A model generated the notes under the pieces. It was not told where the DNA came from, ran no database searches, and worked only from the letters and a program-made list of their open reading frames with translations. The translations under genes were made by a program, and so were the position numbers. Source: the human T2T-CHM13v2.0 reference genome, Homo sapiens. From it: DNA of 64,000 bases. Within the stretch, counting starts at the first letter, position 1; every line of letters starts with the position of its first letter. This document shows, piece after piece, positions 36,201 to 47,496 of the stretch. Location of the stretch: NCBI RefSeq assembly GCF_009914755.1, contig NC_060932.1; one strand, written 5' to 3'.

Positions 36201-39200
36201 TGTGGAATCTGCAAAAAGACATTTGGGAACCCATTGTATGCTGTGGTGAAAAATCGAATATCCCCATATAAAAGCTAAAAAGAAGGTATCAGTTAAACTG
36301 CTTTTTGATGTTTGGATTCATCTCACTCAGTCAAATCTTTCTTTTGATTCAGCAAATTGGAAACACTCTTTGTAGAACCTGAAAAGGGACATTTGGGAGC
36401 CCATGGAGGCCTTTGGTGAAAAACCAAAAATCCCTAGATAAAAACTAGAAAGAAGCTATCTTTGAAACTGCTTTGCTATGTGTGGATTCATCTCACAAAG
36501 CTAAACCTTTCTTTTGATTCAACAAGTCAGAAAAACTCTTTTTGTAGAATCAGTGAAGGGATATTTTAGAGCCCTTTGAGTTCTATTGAAAAACAGAATA
36601 TGCCCAGAGAAAAACTAAAAAGAAGCTATCTGTGAAACTGCTTTGTGATATGTGGATTCATCTCATAGAGTTTAACATCTCTTTTGATTCAGCAGGTTGG
36701 AAATACATTTTTGCAGAAAATGTGAAGGGAGATTTGGATCCCATTGAGGGCTATGTGGAAAAGCCAAATATCCTCAGTTAAAAGCTTGAAATTAGCAATC
36801 TGTGGAAAGTCTTTGTGATGTGTGGTTTCATCTCAGAAAGTTAAAACTTTCTTTAGATTCAGCAGATTGGAAACGTGCTTTCTGTACTATCTGTGAAGGG
36901 ACGCTTGGGAGCACATTGTAGCTTATAGTGAAAAATCAAGTAATCCCTGATACAAACCAGAAAGCAGCTATCTGTGAAACTGCTTTGTGATGTGTAGATT
37001 CATCACAAAAAGTGAAATATTTCTATTGATTCTGCAGGTTGAAAACACACTTTCTGGAGAATCTTTGAAGGGACATTTCAAAGACCTCTGAGATCTGTGG
37101 TGCAAAACTGAATATCCCCAGATAAAAACCAGAAGGAAGCTATCTGTGAAACTGATTTGTGATGTGTGGATTCATCTGACAAAGTTAAACCTTAATTTAG
37201 ATTCAGTAGGTTGGAGACACTATTTTTGTAGAAACTGCGAAGGGACACTTTGGAGCCCATTGAGGCCTATGGTGAAAAACCAAATATCCCTAGATAAAAA
37301 CTGGAAAGAAGCTATCTGTGAAACTGCTTTGTGATGTGTGGATTTATCTCACAGAGTTAAACCTTTGTTTTGATTCATCAAGTTGACAACACTCTTTTTG
37401 TAGACTCTGCAGAGGAACATTCGGGATCCCATTGAAGCCTGTGGTGAAAAACCAAATATCCCCAGAGAAAAAAAAATAGAAAGAAACTATCTGTGAAAGT
37501 GCTTTGTGGTGTGTATATTCATCTCAGAGAGTTAAAACATTCTTTTGATTAAGCAAGTTGGATAAACACTTTTTGTAGAATCTTCAAGGGACATTTTAGA
37601 GTCCATTGAGGCCTATGGTAAAAATCCGAATATCTCCATATGAAAACCAAAAAGAAGCTATATGTGATACTGCTTTGTGATGTGTGAATTCATCTCACAG
37701 AGTTAAAACTTTCTTTTGATTCAACAGGTTGGAAACACTCTTTTTCTGGAATCTGCAAAGGAGAATTTGGCAGCCCATTGATGCCTACAGTGAAAAACCA
37801 AATCTCCCAAGACAAAAACTAGAAAGAAGATATCTGGGAACTGGTTTGTGATGTGTGGATCTATCTGACAGAGTTAAAGGTTTCTTTTGATTCAGCATGT
37901 GGGAAACCTCTTTTGTAGAATCTGCAAAGGGAAATTTGTGAGCCCATTGAGGCCTATCATGAAAACCCAAATATTCCCAGATAAAAATGCAAAAGAAGCT
38001 ATGTGTGAGTCTGCCTTATGATGTGTGGATTCCTCTCACAGAGTTAAATCTTTTTTTGATTCAGCAGGTTGGAAAAACTATTTCTGTAGAATCTGTGGAG
38101 AAACATTTGGGAATCCATTCCGGCCTATGGTGGAAAATGCAATAACCTCTCATAAACACTAGAAAGAAGCTGTCTGTGAAACTGCTTTGTGATGCTTAGA
38201 TTCATCTCACAAAGGTAAAACTTTCTTTTGATTCAGCATTTCTGAAACACTCTTTTTTTATCATCTGCAAAGGGACATTTGGGAGACCATTGAGGCCTAT
38301 GGTGAAAAACGGAATATCCCCTGATAAAAACTAGAAAGAATCTAGCCGTGAAACTGCTTTGTGACGTTATCAACTTATCTTGCAGAGTTAAATGTTCCTT
38401 TTGATTCAGCACGTTAAAAATACTCTTTTTGTAAAATCTGTGAAGGCACATTTGGAAGCCCATTGAGGCCTATGTTGAAAAACAGAATATCCTTTGATAC
38501 AGACTAGAAAGAAGCTATCTGTGAAATTGCTTTGTGATTTGTGGATTCACCACACAGAGTTAAACCTTTCCTTTGATTCCACAAATAGGAAATACTCTTT
38601 TGTAGAATCTGTGAAGGAATATTTAAGAGCCTTTGGAGGACTATGGTAAAAAACTGAACATCACTGCATAAAATCTTAAAAAATGTTAACAGTGAAAATG
38701 CTTTGTGATGTGTGGATTCATCTCACAAAGTTAAAATTTTCTTTTGATTCAACAGGTTGGAAATGCTCTATTTGTAGAATCTGTGAAGAGATATTTGGGA
38801 TCCCATTGAGACCTATGGTGAAAAATTGAATATCCCCAGAAAAAAAAATTAGAAAAAAGCAATCTGTACAAGTGCTTTGTGCTGTGTATATTCAACTCAG
38901 AGAGTTAAAACTTTCTTTTGATTAAGCAGGTTGGAAAAACTCTTTTTGTAAAATCTGTGAGGGATATTTGGGAGTAAATTTAGTCCTAAGGTAAAAATCC
39001 TAATATCCCCATAAAAAAACTTTTTTTGTGATACTGCTTTGTGATGTGTGGATTTATCTCAGAGTTAAAACTTTCTTTTGATTCAACAGGTTCGAAACAC
39101 TCTTTTTCTAGAATCTTCAAAGGAACATTTGAAAGCACATTGATGCCTATGGTGAAAAACTGAATATACCCAGAGAAAAACTAGAAAGAAGCTCTCTGGG

Positions 39201-42200
39201 AACTGCTTTGTGATGTGTGGATTCATCTCACAGAGTTAAATGTTTCTTTTGATTCAGCATTTTGGAAACAGTTTTTTGTAGAATTTGCAAAGGGACATTT
39301 GGGAGCCCATTGAGACCAATGGTGAAAAAGCAAATATCCCCAGAAAAAAAAGTAGAAAGAATTTATCTATGAAACTGCTTTGTGATGTATTGATTCATCT
39401 GGCAGAATTAAACCTTTCTTTTGATTCAGCAGGTTGTAAACATTCCTTTTGTAGAATCTGCAAAGGATTCCTCTCACAGAGTCAAACCTTTTTTTGATTC
39501 AGCAGGTTGGAAACACTCTTTCTATAGAATCTGCTAAGAGACATTTCAGAGTCCATTGAGGCCCATGGTGAAAAACTAAATAAACCCTGATAAACGCTAG
39601 AAAGAAGCTATCTGTGAAACTGCTTTGCGATGTTTGGATTCATCTCACAAAGGTAAACCTTTCTTTTTATCCAGCAGGTTTGAATCACTCATTTTTTTTT
39701 TTTAGAATCTACAAAGGTAAATTTTTAGACCACTGTGGCTTGTGCTGAAAAACAGAATATCCCCCAATAAAAACGAGAAAGAAGATATTTGTGAAACTGC
39801 TTTGTGAAGTGTGATTTATCTCAGCGAGATAACTTTTCTATTGATTCAGCAGGTTGGAAACACTCTTTTTGTAAAATCTGTGAAGGAACATTTAAAGGCC
39901 ACTGAAGCCAATGGTGAAAAACCAAGTGTCCTCAGATAAAAGCTAAAAAGAGAGGTTACCATAAAACTGCTTTAGTTTGAATGGATTCTTCTAAAAGAGA
40001 TAAACATTTCTTTGCATTTAGCAGGTTGGAAACACTCTTGTAAAATCTGTGAATGGACATATGGGAGCCCTTTGAGGTCTATTGTTGAAAAACTGAATTA
40101 TCAACAGATAAAAAATAGAAAGTATCTATCTGTGAAACTGTTTTGTGAAAGAGGATTTGTCTTACAAAGTTAAACATTTCTTTTGATTCAGCATGTTGAT
40201 AGCACTTTTTGTAGAATCTGTGAAGGCACATTTGGAAGTCCATTGAGGCCTAAGGTGAAAAAGTAAATACCCTTTGATTAAAAACTAGAAAGAAGCTATG
40301 TGTGAAACTGCTTTGTGATGTGTGGATTCATCACACAGAGAAAAGACTTTCCTTTGATTCAGCAGATTGGAAACACTCTTTTCATAGAATCTGCAAAGGG
40401 ATATTTAAGAGCCCTTGGAGGACTGTGGTAAAAAACTGAACATCCCCAGATAAAATTTAAAAAGAAGCCAACAGTGAAAATGCTTTGTGATGTGTGGATT
40501 CATCTCACAGAGTTAAATCTTTCTTTTGACTCAACTGGTTGGAAACACTCCATTTGTATAATCTGAGAAGGGACATTTGTAATCCCATTGAGGCCAATGG
40601 TGAAAAACTGAATATCTTCAAATAAAACCTGGAAGAAGCTCTCTGTGAAACTGCTTTGTGATGTGTGGATTCATCTTACAAATTAACCCTTTTTTTGATT
40701 CATCAGGTTGGTAACCTTCTCCTTGTAGAATCTGCAAAGGGATATTTGGGAGCTCTTTGAGGCCTAAGGTGAAAAACAAAATATCCCCAATTAAAAACTA
40801 TAAAGAATCTATCTGTAAGACTGCTTTGTGATGTGTTCATTCATCTCACAAAGTTAAACCTTTCTTTTTATTCAGCAGGTTGTACACTCTTTTTGTAGAA
40901 TCTGCGAAGGGACATTTGGGAGCCCATTGAGGCCTATGATGAAAAACTGAATACCCACAGATAAAAATTATAAAGAAGTTATGTGTGAATCTGCTTTGTG
41001 ATGTGTGGATCCCTTTAACATATTTAAACCTTTTTTTTTTATTCAGCAGGTTGGAAACACTCATTTTGTAGAATATGCAAAGGGACACTTGGGAGCTCAT
41101 TGAGGCCTATGGTGCAAAACTGATGTCTTCAGATAAAAACCAGATAAAAGCTATGAGTGAATCTGCTTTGTTATGTGTGGATTTCTCTCACAGAGTTTAA
41201 CCTTTCTTTTATTTCAGCAAATTGGAAACATTCTTTTAGTAGAATCTGTGAAGGGACATTTGGAAGCCCACTGAGGCCTACAGTGAAAGATGGAATATCT
41301 CCAGGTAAAAACTAGAAAGAAATTATTTGTGAAACTGCTTTGTGATGTGTGTATTTATCTCAAAGAGTTAAACCTTTCTTTTCATTCAGTAGATTGAAAA
41401 CAGTCTTCTTGTACAATCTGCAAAGGGACATTTGGGAGCCCTTTGAGGCTTATGTTTAAAAAACTGAATAACAACAAATGAAAACTAGAATGAAGTTATC
41501 TGTGAAATGCTTTGTGAAGTGTGGATTCATCTCACAGAATTAATTAACCTTTCTTTTGTTTCAGCAGGTTGGAAACATTGTTTTTGTAGTATCTGCGAGG
41601 GACTCTTGGGAGCCTATTGAAGGCTATCATGAAAAACCTAATATCCATAGATAAAAACTAGAAACAAGCCATCTTGAAACTGCTTTGTGATGTGTGGATT
41701 CATCTCCCACAGTTAAAACTTTTTTTGATTCAGCAAGTTGGAAACACTTTTTCTAGAATCTGTGAAGGGACATTTGGGAGCCTCTGGAGACTTATTTTGA
41801 AAGAGGGAATAATCCCAGATAAAAACTAGAAAGAATCTATTTATAAAACTGCTTTGTGATGTGTGGATTCATCTCACAGAGTTAAGACTTTCTTTTGATT
41901 CAGCAGGTGGGAAACACTCTGAATGTGGAATTTGCAAAGGGACTTTTGGGAGTCCATTGAAGCCTGTGGTAAAAAAAAAAAAAAAAAAAAGAATATCCTA
42001 AGATAAAAACTAGCAAGAAGTTATCTGTGAAACTGGTTTGTGATGTGTGGATTCATCTCACAGAGTTAAACCTTCCTATTGATTTAGCAGTTTGGAAAAA
42101 CTCTTTTTGTAGACTCTGCAAAGAAACATTTGGGAGCCCTCTGAGTCTGAAAATGAAAAACCTACTATCTCCAGATAAAAACTAGAAAGAAGCTATCTGT

Positions 42201-42961
42201 GAAACTTCTTTGTGATGGGTAGATTATCTCACAAATTTAAACCTTTCTTTTGATTCAGCGGATTGGAAACACTATTTTGGAGAATCTATGAAAAGACATT
42301 TGGGAGGCCATGGAGGCCTATAATGAAAAACTGAACATCGCCAGATAAAAACTGGAAAGAAGCTATCTGTGAAACTGCTTTGTGGTGTCTGGGATCATCT
42401 CACAGAGATAAAACTTTCTTTTGACTCAGCAGGTTGGAAGCACTCTTTTTGTAGAATCTGTGAAGGGACGTTGGAAACCTCATGGAGACCTATGGTGAAT
42501 AACAGAATAGCCCCCCAAAAATACTAGAAAGAAGCTATCTGTGAAACTGTTTTATGATGTGTGGGTTCATCTCACAGGAGTTAAACCTTTCTTTTGATTT
42601 AGCAGGCTGAAAACACTCTTTTTGTAACCTCTGTGAAGGGACATTTGGGAGTCCATTGAGACCTATGGTGAAAAACCACCTATCCCCAGATAAAAACTAG
42701 AAAGAAGCTAGGTGTGAAACTGCCTTGTGATGTGTGGACTCATCTCACAGAGTTAAACATTTCTTTTGATTCAGCAGGTTGGAAACACTCTTTTTGTAGA
42801 ATCAGTGAAGGGACACTCAAAAGCCCATTGAGGCCTATCATGAAAAACCAATATCCCAAGATGAAAAATAGAAAGAAGCTATCCATGATTCTGCTTTGTG
42901 ATGTGTGGATTCCTCTCACAGAGTTAAATCTTTATTTTGATTCAGCAGGTTGGAAATATTC

Positions 42962-43256
42962 CTTTTTTCTTGATGGAGTCTCATTCTGCCACCGAGGCTG
43001 GAGTGCACTGGCATGATCTCGGCTCACTGCAAGCTCTGCCTCCCAGATTCATGCCATTCTCCTGCCTCAGCCTCCCAAACATCTGTGACTACAGGCACCC
43101 GCCACTAAACCCAGCTAATTTTTTTTTGGTGTTTTTGTAGAGATGCGGTTTCACCATGATAGCCAGGATGGTCTCCATCATCTCCTGAATTTGTGATCTG
43201 CCCACCTCAGCCTCCCAAAGTGCTGGGATCGCAGACATGAGCCACTGCAACTGACA
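42962..43256 (-). mobile_element. Full-length AluY-type SINE, heavily mutated, short A-tail
   Basis: AluY diagnostics on the plus strand are gcaagctc, tcatgccattctcc and tagccaggatggtctc. The TSD GAAATATTC lies at 42953-42961 and 43257-43265, and the alpha monomer resumes in register. Confidence 0.93.
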
Positions 43257-46200
43257 GAAATATTCTTTCTGTAGAATCTGTGAAGGTATATTTGAAACCC
43301 TGTTGAGGCCTATGGTGAAAAACTGAATATCCCCAGATAAAAACTGGAAAGAAGCTATAGGTGAAATTGATTTATGATGTGTCAATTCATCTCACAGAGT
43401 AAAAGCTTTCTTTTGATTCAGCACTTTGGGAACACTCTTTTTGTAGAATCTGCAAAGGGACATTTTTGAGCCCATTGAGGCCATGGTGATAAACTGAACA
43501 TCTTCAGATAGAACTAGAAAGAAGTTATCTGTGAAATTGCTTTGTGATGTTTGGATTCATCTCAAACAGATAAATACTTCCTTAGATTCAGGAGGTTGGA
43601 AACACTTTTTTTGTAGAATCTGCGAGTGGACATTTGGAAGAGCATTGAGGCCTATGGTGAAAAACCCGATATCCCCAGATGGAAACTAGAAAGGAGGTAT
43701 CTGTGAAGCTGCTTTGTGATGTGTGGATTCATCTAACAAAGTTCAACCTTTCTTTTGTTTCAGCAGGTGCAAAACACTCTTTTTTTTAGAAACTACAATG
43801 CAACATTTGAGAGTGTTAGGGGACTCTAGTGAAAAATGAAATATCTTTAGATAAAAGCTAGAAACAAACTATCTGTGAAATGGCTTTGTGATATCTAGAT
43901 TCATTTCACAGAGGTAAATTTTTCTTTTGATTCAGCAGGTTGGAAACACTCTGTATGTGGAATTTTCAAAGGAATATTTGAGAGACCATTGAAGCCTATG
44001 GTGAAAAACCAAATAGCTCCAGATGAAAACTAAAAAGACACTATTTGTGAATCTGCTTTGTGATGTGTGAATTCATCTCACAGAGTTAATCCTTCCTTTT
44101 GATTTAGCAGGTTGGAAGCACTGTTTTTGTAGAATCTGTGAAGGGACATTTGGGAGCCCATTGAGGCTGATGTTAAAAAATAGATTATCCCCAGATAAAA
44201 ACTCAAAAGAAGCTATCTGTGAAATTTTGTGATGTGTGGATTCATCACACAGAGTTAAACCTTTCTTTTGATTCAGCAGGTTGGAAACACTTTTTTTGCT
44301 GAATCTGTGAAGAAAATTTCAGGAGCCTATTGAGGCCTATGGTGAAAAACTGAATATCCCCAGATATACACTAGAAAGAAGCTATCTGTGAAAGTGCTTT
44401 CTGATGTGTGGAATCATTTCACAGATTAGACCTTTCTTTTTATTCAAAAGGTTGGAAACACTTACTTGTAGAATCTGCCCATTGATGCCTAGGGTGGATA
44501 ACCAAATTTCCCAAGAGAAAAACTAGAACAAAGCCATCTGTAAAAGTCCTTTGTGATGTGTGGACTCATCTCACAAAGATATACCTTTCTTTTGATTTAG
44601 CAGGTTGGAAACACTCTTTTTGTAGAATCTGCAAAGGGACATTTGGGAGCACATTGAGGCCAGTGTTTAAAAACTGAGTGTCTTCAGATACGAATGAGAA
44701 AGAAGCTGTCTGTGAATTTTTTTTTTTGTTGTGTGAATTCATCTCACATAGTTAAACGTTTCTTTTGATTTAGCAAGATGGAAACACTCTTTTTGTAGAA
44801 CCTGCAAAGGGACATTTTGAAGCCCATTGAGGCCAGTGGTTAAAAACTGAATATCTTCAGATAAAACTAGAAAGAAGCTATCTGTGAAGCTGCTTTGGGA
44901 TGTGTGGATTCATCTCACAGAGTTAAAGCTTTCTTTTGGTTAAGCAGGTTGGAAACACTCGTTTTGTAGAATCTGTGAAGGGACATTCAAGAGCCCATTG
45001 AGGCCTATCATGAAAAACTGACTATCATCAGATAACAACTAGAATGAAGATATCTGTGATTCTGTTTTGTGATGTGTGGATTCCTCTCACAGAGTTAAAC
45101 CTTCCTTTGATTGAGTGGGTTGTGTAGAATCTGTGAAGGGACATTTGTGAGCACTTTGTGGCCGAGGGTGAAAAACCTAATATACCCAGAGAACTTGAAA
45201 GAAGCTATCTGTGAAACTGCTTTGTGATTTGTACATCCATCTCGCAGAGTTAACACATTCTTTAATTCAGCAGGTTGGAAACACTCGTTGTGTAGAATCA
45301 GTGAAAGGACATTGGAAAAAATAGTGAAGCCTATGGTGAAAAAGTGAATATCCCCAGATAAAAAATATAGGGAGTTATTTGTGAAACTGCTTTGTGAAGT
45401 ATGGATTCATCTCATAGTGTTAAAACTGTCTTTTGTTCAGCAGGTTGGAATACTCTTTTTGTAGAATCCACAAAGAAACATTTTGGAGCCCATCGAGACC
45501 TATGATAAAAATCGAATATCTCCAGATTAAAAACTAGAAAGAAGGTATCAGTGAAACTGCTTTGTGATGTGTGGCTATATCTCACACAGTTAAACCTCTC
45601 TTTTGATTCAGCGGGTTGGAAACACTCTGTATGTAGAATCTGCACAGGGACATTTGGGAGCCCCTTTGAGGCTTATGGTGAAAAACCAAATATCCTCAGA
45701 TAAAAACTGGCAAGAAGGTATCTGTGAGACTGCTTTGTGATGTGTGGATTCATCTCAGAGTTAATCCTTTTTTCTGATTCAACATGTTGGAAACACTGCT
45801 TTTGTAGAATCTGTGAAGGGACATTTTGGAGTCCATTGAGGCCTAATGTCAAAAACTGATATCAAACTGATATTTTGACCTAATGTCAAAAACAGACAAA
45901 AACTAGAAAGAAGCTTTCTGTGAATTTTCTTTGTCATGTGTGGATTCCTCTGATAGAGTTAAACCTTTCTTTTGATTCAGCAGGTTGTAAATATTCTTTT
46001 TGTAGAATCTGTGAAGGGTCATTTGGGAGCCCATTTGGGGCTATTTTGAATAACCGAATATCCCCAGAAAAAAACTGAAAAGAAGTTATCTGTGAAACTG
46101 CTTTGTGTTGTATCCATTCATCTCACAGAGTAAAAGCTTTATTTTGATTCAGCAGGTTAGAAACACTTTTTTTGTGGAATATGTGAAGGGACATTTGGGG

Positions 46201-47368
46201 GCCCATTGAGGCTGATGGTGAAAACCAGAATATCCCCAGAGAAAAACTAGAAAGAAGCTATCTGTGAAATTATTTTGTGATGATTGGATTCATCTCACAC
46301 AGATAAATTTTTCCTTAGATTCAGCAGTTGGAAAGACTTTTTTCATAGAATCTGTGAATGGACATTTGTGAGCCCATTGAGGCCTACCTTGAAAAATTGA
46401 ATATTCAAAGATTAAAAACTATAAAGAAGCTCTCTGTGAAACTTCTCTGTGATGTTGGCTCCATCTCACAGAATTAAATCTTTCTTCTCATTCAGCAGGT
46501 GAGAGACACTCTTTTTGTAGAATCTGCGAAGGGACTTTTGAGAGCCTAAGGAGGACTATCGTGAAAAACCGAATATCTTTAGACAAAAACTGAAACAAGC
46601 TATCTGTGAAATGGCTTTGTGATGTGTGGAGTCATCTCACAGAGGTAAACATTTCCTTTGAATCAGCAGGTTGGGACACTCTGCATGTAGAATTTTGGAA
46701 AAAATATTTGAGAGACCATCAAGGCCTATAGTGAAAAACTGAATATTCCCAGATAAGAACTAAAAAGACGCTATTTGTGAAACTGCTTTTTGATGTGTGA
46801 GTTCAACTTACAGAGTTAAATCTTTCTTTTGATTTAGCAGGTTGGAAACACTCTTTTTGTAGAATCTGAGAAGGGACATTTGGGAACTGATTGAAGCCTA
46901 TGGTGAATAACAGAATATCCACAGATAAAAACTGGAAGAAAGCTATCTGTGAAACTGCTTTGTGATGTGTGGATTCATTTCACAGATTAGACGTTTCTTT
47001 TGATTCAAAATGTTGGAAACGGTTTTTTTTGTAAATTCTGTGAAGGGACAACTGGGAGCCCACTAATGCCTAGGGTGGAAAACCGAATATCCCCAGAGAA
47101 AAACCAGAAAGGAGTTCTCTGTGAAACTGCATTGTGATGTGTGGACTCATCTCACAGAATCAAAGGTTTCTTTTGATTTAGCAGGTTGGAAACCCTCTTT
47201 TTGTAGAATCTGTGAGAAGACATTTGAAAGCCTATCATGGCCTATGGTGAAGAACTGAATATCCCCAGATAAAAGCTACAAAGAAGCTATCAGTGAAACT
47301 GCATTGTGGTGTGTGGAATCAACTCACAGACTTAAACTGTTGTTTTGATTTAACACGTTGCAAACACC

Positions 47369-47496
47369 CTTTTAAATATTAAAAAATTAAATTAAATAAA
47401 TTAAATTAAATTAATAATTTAAATAAATAATTTAAAAATTAAATAAAATAAATTAAATTAAATATTTAACAATTAAATTAAATAAATATTTAAAAG
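47369..47496. repeat. AT-only low-complexity insertion (AAATT/AAAT units) inside an alpha monomer, bounded by a 12-bp inverted repeat
   Basis: About 126 bp containing a single C. CTTTTAAATATT (47369-47380) is the reverse complement of AATATTTAAAAG (47485-47496). Confidence 0.9.

Noticed and set aside
13078-41990. Poly(A)/poly(T) runs (13078-13092, ~27630, ~29400, ~29605, 41971-41990) as possible retroposon tails
   Set aside because: Each sits at a native A- or T-tract of the monomer with no TSD or element body, consistent with slippage expansion.
47369-47496. MITE/DNA transposon suggested by the terminal inverted repeat
   Set aside because: There is no TSD, host sequence is deleted, and the right arm is native alpha sequence. 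A repair scar explains it better.
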